DNA from: Podarcis filfolensis
Lineage: Eukaryota
Assembly: GCA_964270895.1 (NCBI GenBank)
Contig: OZ185439.1
DNA length: 64,000 nt
Strand: one strand, 5' to 3'
Shown here: positions 23,956 through 36,162 of the stretch, piece after piece
How the letters are laid out: the number at the start of each line of letters is the position of its first letter
How positions within the stretch are numbered: the stretch's first letter is position 1
The notes under the pieces: generated by a model
Databases searched by the model: none
Told to the model about the DNA's origin: nothing
Seen by the model: only the letters and a program-made list of their open reading frames with translations
Translations under genes and position numbers: made by a program

Positions 23956-25749
23956 CACACATGTCCAAAGTCTGAATGAATTTTATTATTTTGGTCACAG
24001 ACCAGTTCCAGCCCACATACAATATCAAGGAAGTCATAAAACACAATAGGAATACATTTGAATTTGCAATTAGGTATAACAGGGACAATACAGATATAGC
24101 AGCAGTTTAAAAATATATAAATTAAAACTTAGTTATTAACATATAACCTAAAATTATCATTTAAGGCCTTAATCATTATGATAGCACAGCTTGTTCCCTA
24201 AGTTTTATGGCAATTGCACAGAATTTGGCTACCCTTAACGTGATCTCGGGATCCTTGTCCTCTGCCAGGGATTTTAGACATTGAAGTTCAGAATCATTTG
24301 GAGATTTTTGCATAGCAGGGGTAATAAATACTGAGCATATATCCCCGTAGAAATGGCAGCGTAACAAGGCATGAGAGACAGTTTCTACCTCCATCAAGCC
24401 ACAGGGGCAGACTCGTTCCGCGTATGGTTTACCCTCAAATCTGTCCTGCAATAAGGCAGATGGCAGCACGTTGAATCTTGCGAGGGTAAATGACTGTCTG
24501 TATTTAGGTGTTTGTAATTTTGACAAATAATTTGCTGGGGTAAATCCTCTCCCATTATCTTTTATTGCTGGGTGTTTATTCATCTCGCTCACGTGGCATT
24601 GCAGTTCCACATCCCAAATTCGTTGGCGGATTATTGCTCTAGCTTTCTCATAACCTACAGCTATCAGGGCCTGTGGAGAAAACTCCAAGCCTCTTAGTTT
24701 TTCATGCAGTGTAGCTTTCCATTTGGATTGGTAGGAATCCAGTAGGGTTAAGGGTGCCAACCCAACAGGGAAAAAGATAAGTTTTAACCAGTAATGGATC
24801 TTCAGATTCCATATCTGAGCGCCAACAGGGGTTTTCCTGACCTCCAGGTGGACAGCTATGTTAGACACACAAGAAGGGATCCTTAGCAGGCAGTGATAGA
24901 ACTTAGTTTGGAATGATTCTAAGGGAGCAAGGTTTAAGAAGCTGCAGATCTGAGAGCCATATGTCAGTTGTTTTAATATTTTTGCAGCAAAGACCTGGGA
25001 GGCTGCCGGAATATATTGGCCCCCTTTTCCGTAGAAAAACGTTATAATAGCTTTGGTAGATCTTTGGGCATTTACAATAGTATTTTTAACCTGATAATGC
25101 CACGGGCCCTTTTCCTGGAAGATTAAACCCAGGTATGTAAAAGATGATACGTGTTCAATAGGTCGATTGTCAATTCTCCATTTGTGTCTCATTCTTTTTT
25201 TAGAGAACACCATAACTTTCGATTTGCTATAGTTAATTGTTAATTGTTTGGCATTACAATAAACAGTGAGAGATCTTAGAAGTTTTCTTAGGCCTACACA
25301 GGAGAAGGAAATTAGAACTGCATCATCCACATATAAGAGAACTGGGAGGGGTGTACCAGCCAATTTAGGGGGGTGGGCATTTTCTTTCTCCATGTTTCCT
25401 ACTAAGGAGTTAATATAGAAGTTGAATAAAGTAGGCGCAAGGGCACAACCTTGTTTAACTCCACGGTAGGTTTGGATTTCCTTGGATAAATGGCCCTGTC
25501 AGTCACACCTAACCTGGACCCGAGTGTTTTCGTATAAACTGCGGATGAGACACAGTAGACGTCTGTCTATGTCTGAGGTGCTTAGTTTTCCCCAAAGCCT
25601 ATCTTGTGATATTAAATCCGGCCCAATGGTCAATTTAATCCAGTTTATTTCCTGGGGTAAAGTTCAACAACTCTGCAACTTTGGTCGGCCCTCATGCATG
25701 TTCACTTCATCAAATCTGGCCCTCTTAGAAAAAAGTTTGGGCACCCCTG
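23956..25749. mobile_element. hAT-type MITE split by a LINE insertion (left piece 23956-23972, right piece 25619-25749)
   Basis: Perfect 8-bp TSD ccctaggg at 23948-23955 and 25750-25757. The right TIR is agtttgggcacccctg and the left TIR a decayed cacacatgtccaaagt. The two halves join as ...tccaaagtc|cggccc... Confidence 0.7.
23973..25618 (-). mobile_element. RTE-X-like non-LTR retrotransposon, family B; 5'-truncated within RT, one in-frame stop
   Basis: Minus frame reads DLISQDRLWGKL..RCD*QG..GVKQGCALAPTLFNFYIN..LLYVDDAVLIS..INYSKSKVMVF..FTYLGLIF..CPCGLMEVETVSHALLRC. The ORF ends at 24176 and the 3' end is ggtctgtgaccaaAATAATAAAattcattca. Confidence 0.88.
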
Positions 25750-28700
25750 CCCTAGGGGTTTACAAAGTTTGTTTGGCTTGTCAATTAAAAAATGGTGGTT
25801 GCCAGGACTCTGCCCCTTCTCCAAGGGGCAGATTCCTGCCCTTGAAAGCATCATGCACAGCCAGGAACAATTTCCACTCTCCTAGGGTGGCAGATTGTTT
25901 CTGCAGTTGTGCTGCATTTCCACTATGCTCCAAGTGCCTTGAAAGTGCATTGTGAAAAGGAGCCCCATTTGTTTTCTCCAACTTCTTTGTTCCTGGGAAA
26001 CAGTATAGCTGCAGGACAGTCCCCATCTCTCTCTCGTGGGTTTCAAGCTGGAGTGGAGTTCTGGGACTTTTTCTCCTGAGGTGCCTCAGAAATACAACAA
26101 CGAAATAAGCAGCAGCCTTTCTCTCAACCTTGTAGTAAGAGAGGTAGGTAGGGATGGTTGGCACAGTTGCATTCTAGTTACAAGGTTGGGAGGAAAGCTG
26201 GTAGTTGTTGCACTCACCAGGTGAGGATAGTGAGTGGAATTATCGACTCTTGTCCTGATGTGCTAGAATGTGAGCTAGAGCATGTTGAAAAATTGTGTCC
26301 TGCTTGCATCCAGATGAAAAGTTTTGTACTGTATCCATTTTAGTAGTATTTTCTAGTGTACTTTGTGTATGTGTTTAGAAATAATCCTACAGTTCTTTGA
26401 TTATAAGTACAAGGAAAGCTGTTCTATAAAGTACATATTTTTAGTATGGGAACAACTGTGGTGTTTGCAAGCTAATGCCCCGTCTTAAAAAAGTGGGAGT
26501 TTCTAGTTCAGGTTTCCAGACCCATAATGTGTATGATTTGGCAGCTAACTGGGTAGCCTGTCGGACTATTAACACCCTTGATAGAATTGATGGCCGTGTG
26601 ATCAGTGGATGACCTGGTATGTTACGTAGCACACAGTTCCTTGAGGGGATAGTGTGCATGTGTTTCTGATGCTTTCCAATTACTTGTTATTTTCTCCAGT
26701 TTGCATGAGGCACAGTATTTTTATTATGGCTTCTATCATTTTGCCTAGTCTGCAGGATTTGATCTCACTGTTAGCTAATAGATGCTGAAATCCATAATTT
26801 CTGGATGTGGAAACAAGATATATCAGGTGGTTTCATATTTCTGTAGTCCCTTTGGGATGTTAGTGCATACTTCAGTCAGAAACACAGAAACAATGCTAAT
26901 AGCATTCCCAAATCTAAAAGCAAACTTAGGTCAGTGGAAATATCCTCAGAGAAAGAAAAGGTTATTGTTTTGCTGCTATTAGATGAGGGTCAACTGGAGT
27001 AGTCTGTTTCAGATAAAGTCATTTGGAAGTCCCTCCTGGGGAAAATAGGCTTGCATAAGGCTTAATTTTTCTCCTAGGGGTTGTCTTGGCTTTGCATTAC
27101 AGCTGAGAGAATTTATATGTATGTGGTGCTATATAAAGCAGTTAGTATGATTTGAGAAAATTGTAGATTTTTCCTGGTCAGTCTGGAGAGACATTAGAAT
27201 TGCATGTATTTGTGTCATGCCTCCAACATTACAAATCTTCTGTTGGAGGGTGTGGGGGATTTTCCTGTTTTTTATGTAAGCTGTGAGAGTCTTTTCATTT
27301 CAACCACACTGTTGCTGGTCATACTCTTTTTTTCCCCCAGAGCCTCGTGGGCTGCTAAATTGTTCCATTAAGTTAAGGAAATCTAATTGCATTGAGAGCG
27401 TACTCGTTGCTTATGACTTTAATGCTTGTCTATTAAAAAAAACAACCCCTCTAGTGTTGCTTACAAAAACATGGTTTTAAATGTGCTTCAAGATTAGCAG
27501 CATATTTGCTGATGTCTTTATTTCTTATCCAGGTTCACCTTATTTTTTTTTATTGCAAAATCATTAATCTGATTTATAGACAGTGCTCCTACGAGCATAG
27601 AATTTCAGTCCATTGCCCTGATTACTACCTCCAATGGCTTTCTTTATTCCCAGGTGACTCCATGAACTGCAGCAATTTAGCAGTGGGTGGGGCTTTCCTA
27701 AATCTATAGATTCATTTCCTCTCTAGTTTAGAGCCCTTTGATATCCAGTTGCCAACACCTAAGCATAAAGCTTTCTGGAAGCATAAAAACAAGTAATTTC
27801 ATAATCTTAAACTGAGAGGTGGGTACTGCTGTCTGTTGAACCCTAAGGCAGAACATGTAAATCTCTATAAATACGTGTATGTTTAAAGTGAAAAACAATA
27901 TAATAGAATGAAACAAACACTTATCTATAATCCGGATATGGCATGTTAAGACTAGGCATGAATCAAATCCTCCTCCTTTTGCGATCTCTGACACAGCGGT
28001 GGAGAACAGGATCTGATTGGGCAGGTGGGGGTTGAGATTGTTTTCTCCCCCACCCTAATGGGCCACGTTTGACAGGTGGCTGGAGCCACCCATCGGCCAG
28101 TCACTTTCCCCTCAGGAATCTTATGACTTCAATGTCCCTTTCAAAGAGCAATCTTGCTCAGTACTTTGCATAGGGGTTTGCAGGCACTGTGGGTCAACTG
28201 ATTGGTGGTGTTTGCAAACCTCCTTTTGGAGCCAGATTTTTCCCTGTCCCATGCCTGACGCCATATATGGCAGGTATAGGGCAGGTGGCTGTGGCTTGGT
28301 CTGCAGGCAGGAGGTTACCCACGCCTGCTGTAACAAAGTCTGTTCAGCTTGTTTTGTGGAAGGTCTCATTTCAAACCCCACCCAGACTGTGGTTTGCAGC
28401 GCTAACCATAATGCAGAACCCAGGCCATGATTTGAACTTTAAAAATTATACAGGCAAGCTGCTTCTGTATAGCCAGTCCTCCAGTCCTTGACTGCAGTGG
28501 CTTCTGAAGGTGGAACCATGGCCATAACTAGTTCAAAACCCATAGTTTGACAATTTTAACACCTCATGGTACCATACTTAAGCTTTCTAGTGTGATATCA
28601 GAATTGGTTTAAGGCATAGTAATCAGAATGGCAGTCAATTTTAGATCATGATTTCTTTCAGAATCTCATAAATCGTGATATTCTAGTGAGGGAAATGTTG

Positions 28701-29176
28701 AAGATGTGTGCATATAGGCAGTTAGGTTTTAGAAAATTAAGTATCCCACAATTGTATACATGTCTGTATGTATGCATGACTCCCATATAAGCTGGTGTAG
28801 GCTTTGCAGCCTTAGCCTGGTTTCATGTTGTGCTCCCCACTCCTGCCTACAAGCAATAAGAAAATCCAGATTTGGCAGGGTGTGTATTGGGGAAAGGAGG
28901 GAATGGAACCTCCTTACTATGGTTTGGTAACCAGAACAAAGCACGTTTGTTAAACTGATACAGTTATATAATTTCCATTAGTCTCTTTTCATTCAATTAT
29001 AGCTATGAAATCAATGTAAATATGCCTTGAAATTGTTACTTATACATTCTATCTATCGGTCTCCTGACCTTTATGTCTACTCCTAGGGCAACTCATAAAT
29101 GATGATAAAACAATGATGGATAAAGATTAACAAGTTAAAACAGCAGAATGAGAAAAGCAATTCAGATTGGTTTTAA

Positions 29177-29372
29177 GGGGAAGGGCTGTAACTCAGTAGT
29201 AGAACATCTCTTTTGCATGTAGAAGGCCTTAAGTTCAATCCCTGGCATCTCCTGGTAGCACTTGGAAGGACACCTGTCTAAAATTTCGGTGAGCCACTGC
29301 CAGTCAGTGTAGACAGAACTGAGCTACATGGGACAATGGGCATCTTCCTATGTTCCTTGAGCTATGTTCCTA
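29177..29372 (+). mobile_element. Squam3-like tRNA-derived SINE
   Basis: Head ggggaagggctgtaactcagtagtagaac..gttcaatccctggcatctcc; 3' end cttcctatgttcct; paralogous to 21615-21923. Confidence 0.8.
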
Positions 29373-29409
29373 GATGCTGTTTTAAAAGTCTGGGGTAATG
29401 AAAAAAGTA

Positions 29410-29668
29410 CCGTATTTTTCGCTCTATAAGACGCACCAGACCACAAGACGCACCTAGTTTTTGGAGGAGGAAAACAAGAAAAAATATATTCTGAATCTCA
29501 GAAGCCAGAACAGCAAGAGGGATCGCTGCGCAGTGAAAGCAGCAATCCCTCTTGCTGTTCTGGCTTCTGGGATAGCTGCGCAGCCTGCATTCGCTCCATA
29601 AGACGCATACACATTTCCCCTTACTTTTTAGGAGGGAAAAAGTGAGTCTTATAGAGCAAAAAGTACGG
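29410..29668 (+). mobile_element. Tc1/mariner-pogo (Tigger-like) MITE, copy 1 (strand is relative)
   Basis: TA TSDs at 29408-29409 and 29669-29670; TIRs ccgtatttttcgctctataagac / gtcttatagagcaaaaagtacgg. Confidence 0.9.
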
Positions 29669-29868
29669 TATTTACGTAATGTAAAATATGTGCAAAGTTT
29701 ACCTCCCTGGCAGGTACATTCCAAAGGTGGGAAAAGGCTTCTGAAGAAGTCAATCATAGGCTAGTCCCCAGGTCCTAAGCTGTACAGGGGTTTAATAGTA
29801 AGCATCAATACTGAAGGTACCAAGTAAATCCAGTCAGCTGATGTGAAGTGACAGCCATCTTGAAATTA

Positions 29869-30127
29869 CTGTATTTTTTGCTCTATAAGACTCACTTTTT
29901 CCCTCCTAAAAGGTGAGGGGAAATGTGTGTGCGTCTTATGGAGCGAATGCAGGCTGCACAGCTATCCCAGAAGCCAGAACAGCAAGAGGGATTGCTGCTT
30001 TCACTGCGCAGCGATCCCTCTTGCTGTTCTGGCTTCTGAGATTCAGAATATTTTTTTTCTTGTTTTCCTTCTCCAAAAACTAGGTGCGTCTTGTGGTCTG
30101 GTGCGTCTTATAGAGCAAAAAATACGG
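29869..30127 (-). mobile_element. Same MITE family, copy 2, inverted relative to copy 1
   Basis: TA TSDs at 29867-29868 and 30128-30129; end-to-end reverse complement of 29410-29668 with few substitutions. Confidence 0.9.
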
Positions 30128-30462
30128 TACCTGTTCATGTGATTTAATATGAAGTAAAACTAGTTGCTTTTTTGTTTAACCTTATTTGTGACAGTTTGGT
30201 TACTTTTATTGTTTGGAATCTTATTATAATTACTACTATTATAATATATTTATACCTTCCCTTTTTCATTGTTGGGACTCAAGGCAGCTTAAAGATAAAA
30301 AGTAGGAACTGCTAAAAAAGAAGAATAAATCATTAAAATACTCTCATTAAAATATAATTAGACCTTGATAGAATTAAAACTGCCTACATCTATGAAATCT
30401 GTTTAAAAATTTTATGATAACAATATGTACACTGCATGTAACTGAGTAAAGCTTTAACATTA

Positions 30463-30703
30463 CAGTGGTACCTTGAGTTACAAATGCCTCAGGTTACAAA
30501 CGCTTCAGGTTACAAACTCCACTAACCTGGAAGAGTTACCTTGAGTTGAGAACTTTGCCCCAGGATGAGAACGGAAATGGTGTGCCGGCGGCGCAGCGGC
30601 AGCAAGAGGCCCCATTAGCAAAAGCACGGCTCTAGTTAAGAACAGTTTCAGGTTAAGAACAGGCCTCTGGAACGAATTAAGTTCATAACTAGGGGTACCA
30701 CTG
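30463..30703. mobile_element. Tc1/mariner-pogo MITE (CAGTGGTACC termini)
   Basis: TA|cagtggtacc...ggtaccactg|TA. Confidence 0.85.
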
Positions 30704-32331
30704 TATTTAAGCTCATGTCCTTTTAAAAAAAATAACCCATGTTGCCAGTTTTAAAATGTTAATATGCTAGCTCAGAAAAATGCTGAGTCGATTTAAGATG
30801 GGTAAATAGTGATATCTTTTAATCACTGCAGTTACTGCAATACAAGCACCACCAGGTGGCGTGATGCTTCTGGTGAGAACTGGGGGTGAGAGGCTGAGCC
30901 CCTGTTCTGGTTAACTCTGTAGCTGCACAAAATGCAATGTGCTTGAAGTTCCACTTCTAGTCCTAAAAATCCATGAACATCACAAAAAACACAGTGGTGA
31001 CCGGACCCAAATTTGGTTAGCTTGGGCAAGGTAGTAGCCATCTGTCCCTTCATACCATATCCTGTGGAGATCACTTCAGAAACCTTGCAGTGCCTTTTCT
31101 CTTTTAGAGGAATTTCTAAAGTCAGGAATGGGATGATTGTGTGCTGAGAGAACTGTACAAGAGCCTAACTAACATTCATAACTGTGGAACTGAAGGACAA
31201 CCAAGATTCACCAGAGAACTGGGTAAAGTCGTTCCAAAAGAATAACTGTGTTTTGCAATAAGTAAAGGAAGATGCAGAACAAGGTGTGACTGTTCTTGTA
31301 GAAAGCTTAGGCCTTGGGGGTATTAGAGACCTCACTGATACAATCTCCTTGCTGTGGCAGGCCCTTGCACCCAAAGTGGTAATGGGAAATTATGGTGCAG
31401 GACCAAATAGCCCTTTTAGGTGAAACAAAGCTCTGTTTATCTTAGTGTCTTCAAAGCTATCTCCTCATCCAATCAAGGTAATTATGTAGAAAGGTCAAAG
31501 GCCTTGAGTACATTGAACAGTCGTAAAGATTGTGTAAAAGAAAAGATCTGAAAGTGCAGAGGCCTGGGGGCAAAGCTATTCTGTTTATTAATTCTGCCCT
31601 GGGAGATGAAAAGGTTGTTTTTTTTTAATGATTATACACCAAATAAATGAACAGGTTCAGCTGCATATTGTTAATCTCTTGCTGCAGATAGCAGTGCCAT
31701 GTTTGGAATTTACGTACAGGAAGCACACTTTCCACAGATTAAGTGTTTTTTTTTGTTCTCCCCCCCTTTCCTAAGTTTAAATTTGTGAGGAATGTTCTCA
31801 TCTCTCCCTCCATTTTAAGTGTTCTTGTGATGCAGAGCTGGGGGCACTATGCTATGCTGGGGTTTATGTTGCAAGATACCAGTCCATATTAGCTTTTTTT
31901 TTCCTTTTAAAAACACTTTTCTACCTTTCCTCATGGATTACACATGACTCATGTGGGACTGAGTTGGAGTTAGGCAAGACTTAAGTTTTTCCAAACTGCA
32001 AAGTATTGCAACCAAGAAATCCATGGCCTCCCCAGGAAAAGAGGAGGAAGAGAATCAACAGAGAAAATAAAACACACATAGCCGGGAAGGCAGGTGCGCT
32101 CCCTCTTCACCCCTGTGCACTTACATTCTTGATCTATTAGAGCCGAAACCCTACTGACTCTGATAAATAACAAAGAAATCCTCTTGAGTATGTGCAGTTT
32201 CTCATTTTAAATGTACTTAACTCATGGCACCATCATGACTACAGAAATAGCATTGTGTTTCCTTCTGCTGCCCTGGTGCTAAGCGCTTTTACTTGTGAGA
32301 AAACATCATTTATATTTTTAAAGTAAAAGTA

Positions 32332-32561
32332 CAGTCATACCTCGGGTTACAGATGCTTCAGGTTGCGTGTTTTCGGGTTGTGCACTGCACCGAACCCGGA
32401 AGTACCGGAATGGGTTACTTCTGGGTTTCGGCAGTCGTGCATGCACAGAAGCGTTGAATTGCAACCCACGCATGCGCAGACACGACGCTGCAGGTTGCGA
32501 TCGCTGTGGGTTGCGAATGTGCCTCCCGCACGGATCACGTTTGCAACCCGAGCGTCTACTG
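32332..32561. mobile_element. Tc1/mariner-pogo MITE related to 30463-30703
   Basis: TA|cagtcatacctcgggttac...gcaacccgagcgtctactg|TA, with an internal hairpin cccggaagta..tacttctggg. Confidence 0.8.
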
Positions 32562-33206
32562 TACTAAACTGAACATCTGTAATGTTGTGCATAGATTGGA
32601 AACTGTGTGCCTGGTTCAGTGGTGGTGTGATCCTGACATTACTAGGGTGGTTCTGAGTTGCTTTTATGCATGACTGAAGAAAAGACATTTGAAATGTGCC
32701 GAGGCACTCATATTTAAGGGGAGGGTCTTCACTTCAAGGATGTCAATAATAATTATTTTTTAATCGTTTCACAAAATACCCAGTGTCTTGACTTCTGCCC
32801 TTTGAACTGCTCCTGAGTGAAGAAAGCCTTTGGTTCATACACAAGGATTTCAAAAAGGTCTGAAAGATGTCAGTTATTTGGGGTCTTAGATGTTGCTGTT
32901 CCTCCAGTCAATGACCCTCAGAGTGGCTTACAATAGATTGAACATATTTAAATTTGTGTGTACATATGTGTAAAGAAAATTCCATTTTTTTACTCCTGCT
33001 GTGTTGTATCAGCTGTCAGAACACACAGATATGAAGTAGGTAAAGCTTTTCCTATACACACTTAGTAGGAACAAGTGTTGTTGAATTCAATGAGACTTTC
33101 TTCCAAGTAGATATGCATAGGGTGTACTATCAGACGTCTTTTTTCTGGTTCTAGCTGTCTTACCTATTCCTCTCGTAGTCTGCTGAATTTAGCTTGTCTC
33201 TCTGCT

Positions 33207-33557
33207 AAAGGTAAAGGGACCCCTGACCATTAGGTCCAGTCGTGGCCGACTCTGGGGTTGCGGCGCTCATCTCGCTTTATTGGCCGAGGGAGCCGGCGTA
33301 CAGCTTCCGGGTCATGTGGCCAGCATGACTAAGCCGCTTCTGGCGAACCAGAGCAGCGCACGGAAACACCGTTTACCTTCCTGCCGGAGCGGTACCTATT
33401 TATCTACTTGCACTTTGACGTGCTTTCAAACTGCTAGGTTGGCAGGAGCAGGGACCAAGCAACGGGAGCTCACCCCGTCGCAGGGATTCGAACCGCCAAA
33501 CTTCTGATCGGCAAGTCCTAGGCTCTGTGGTTTAACCCACAGCGCCACCCGCGTCCC
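33207..33557 (-). mobile_element. Sauria SINE (lacertid type), essentially full length
   Basis: Minus-strand head gggacgcgggtggcgctgtggg (A box) and gttcgaatccc (B box); tail ccctttaccttta; possible decayed TSD tgctaaag / tgataaag. Confidence 0.92.
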
Positions 33558-34267
33558 TGATAAAGTAGGTACTTGCCTCCAAAAGCTCATAGTGCACTGA
33601 ATTTATCTGTCCTTAAGATGACAGATGCGTCTCTGTATTTTGCATTACCATCCTGTAATGGCAATTTTTCTTGAATTGTTGCTTTTCCCTTCCCAGTATT
33701 TGGCTCCATTTAGGCACTGATAATAATCACTAAACTAAACCAAAGCTGTGAGCATAAGGTTGCTGTTAATGGGATTGCAATTCCTTTGGTCCCAGATGTT
33801 TCAGTCTGCACCGGTCTATCTCTCATATATGAACCAGTCTGTGCTAGACACTCTCTATAATGAGTGTTGCATGGTGGGTATGTATGTATGAGACATGGGT
33901 AGCTCTTTATTTAGAACACTGTTCAACCAGGAGCGTAGAAAACTGCTATACTGATGGACACTGGCACTAGATGGATGCAGTATTGAATATATTGGCTTGT
34001 TTACTGTTTCCCTAACCATTGAAATAATGAAGGCTAATGTGTAAAATGTGACCATGACTCTCAGTATCTTGGAGGGGCTCTCATTTGTATGTGAGGCTAC
34101 TGCACTGAAAGGAGGAGTGGACCTAGAGTCTTGTGGTTTAAATTGACAGGCACGTGTGTCCCCTGGCATCATAAGACGGGCAAGACCTTTTCATGAAGCT
34201 GTGTTGGCTTTGCTGAGTCACTAAGCTAACCCATGATAACCCATGACTTTCCTTCTTCCCACTACAG

Positions 34268-34324
34268 TCTGTGAATCCTTATATAGTGAAGCTGTCCATC
34301 ATAGATGATGAGGCCACCCTCAAT
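34268..34324 (+). CDS. ARMH3: ARMH3 exon 9
   Basis: ctacag|SVNPYIVKLSIIDDEATLN|gtgagt. Confidence 0.95.
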
Positions 34325-35123
34325 GTGAGTATGATGGATTAAGTGCTGTGAGTATTGCACATTATCCAGAGGACTAGGAATACAACAAGGAGCTTAATTG
34401 AATTAATTTTTTTAAAATCCCAAGACATTTTCAGAAGCTCTGATTTCCATGATCATGACTGAAGTATTCCACAGTGTATGAGAGAGGAATAAATCTATGA
34501 TATAAGTAATGCAATAAAATATTTAATGAAGAAACAAAAAAATCTTTGAATGAGAAATTAATGGGATCTGTAGCAGTGTGAAGCCTCCACATGTTTTTCC
34601 TGCCAAAGGGTATAGTCCTAATTTGGGGACATAGCTTTTGCCTCCACCTATAGAACTGGTAATACAAATTTTAGTTCCATTATTTTCATATCTTGCCTTT
34701 CTTCCAGAGTACCCAAGGCAGCATACATAGCTCTCTTCCCACCATAATTTTATACCTTCAGCAACCTGTAAAATAAATTAAGCCCGGGGGGGGGGAGGGA
34801 AGTGCCATTTCCCCCCAGTGAGCTTCAAGGTTGCATAGTGATTTGAACCTGGGCCTTCCAGTCCTAATCTGATATTCTTAGCACTACAAAAGACTGGCTT
34901 ACTTGAAATGAGTCTTACATGAGAGGGACATGCAGATATGACCTTGTCAGATAATGGCAGAAGCCTGATCCCTGTAGCTTATATGGATCTAGTGCTATAA
35001 ATTATTGGGGGTAATTTGGAGAATAAGCTTTTGGGGGGCAAAGGGCTCTGTCTCTGCTCTGCACTTGCTGTGTGGCTGTAATCTGTAGGGAGTAGAACTT
35101 AACATCTTGCTCTGTTTTTACAG

Positions 35124-35167
35124 GGAATGGGTCTTGTAGTTGCTCAGGCTTTATCAGAATACAACCG
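35124..35167 (+). CDS. ARMH3: ARMH3 exon 10
   Basis: ttacag|GMGLVVAQALSEYN-CG|gtaagt (phase 2). Confidence 0.95.
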
Positions 35168-35798
35168 GTAAGTCAAGTTAAGGCATGTCTTATTTTTACA
35201 GCAGCAAAAGGAGTTAACATACCCTTCTGAGAAAACTTGCTGATGTGCCTGTCAGCTGCTTGCTTCGGCTGCCTGAAAAAGTCTAGATCCTTGAGACGTT
35301 GTATTCCTGCTGTCATTCCAATCAGTAAATCTGTTTTTGGCCTTGTGTAGTAGAGGTTTGGTTTCACAGGGGAACTGCCAGGATTGCATTTACTTTCTTC
35401 TTCCTTTAATTGCCATTGGCTGTACCTTTTTGTGAACTGTCTGTAACATCTTCTGCTCCACCACTGATAGAAGGCTAAGAGAATTGCTGTGTATTGCTTC
35501 TGACAGAAAATCTATTTTGGTTATAGGACTTTTGAAATAAACAAATATCTAACCATATAGAAATGATTAGAGTGATTCACCCCATCTAATGTCCACATAT
35601 GAGCTCTGATGTGGGATCAGTTACTTAGAATAATAGAATTGTAGAGTTGGAAGGCACCCTTTGAAAATAGGAAGTGGGCGAAAGCTGACTATTCCTCTTT
35701 TCTTTAAATACTGTTAAGAATTTGAGTCAAATCTTTTTTGCACACATAGGTTGGCAGCATCACGGCTTCATCTATCTGTTGCTGTCCTCTTTTTTTAG

Positions 35799-35859
35799 GC
35801 AGTATAAAGACAAGGAAGAAGAACACCAGAGTGGCTTTTTCTCAGCCTTGACCAACATG
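35799..35859 (+). CDS. ARMH3: ARMH3 exon 11
   Basis: ttttag|[21 protein letters not shown]|gtaagg. Confidence 0.95.
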
Positions 35860-35861
35860 GT

Positions 35862-35865
<4 letters not shown>

Positions 35866-35905
<40 letters not shown>
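35866..35905. repeat. (GT)20 microsatellite
   Basis: Perfect dinucleotide run directly after the exon 11 donor hexamer. Confidence 0.98.
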
Positions 35906-35906
<1 letters not shown>

Positions 35907-36115
35907 GCTGGTCAGTGTTTGCTGTGCCAGGGGCCCAGTCCAGTGCTTGTAAAAGAAAATGAAAATGACTTTCTTATATATGCTACATTAGGCTATGACT
36001 CTTGCTCCCCTGAAAATATATAGTGCCCATTTTACTTTAAGAATTGTGTGCCTGCTCAGCTTGAGGGAAAATTTCTATAGATCCTAATGCTGTGCAATAT
36101 TGCTTATTTCCACAG

Positions 36116-36162
36116 GTGGGCAGCATGTTCATAGCTGATGCAGATGAGAAAATCTCCGTTCA
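36116..36162 (+). CDS. ARMH3: ARMH3 exon 12
   Basis: ccacag|VGSMFIADADEKISV-CA|gtaagt. Confidence 0.95.
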
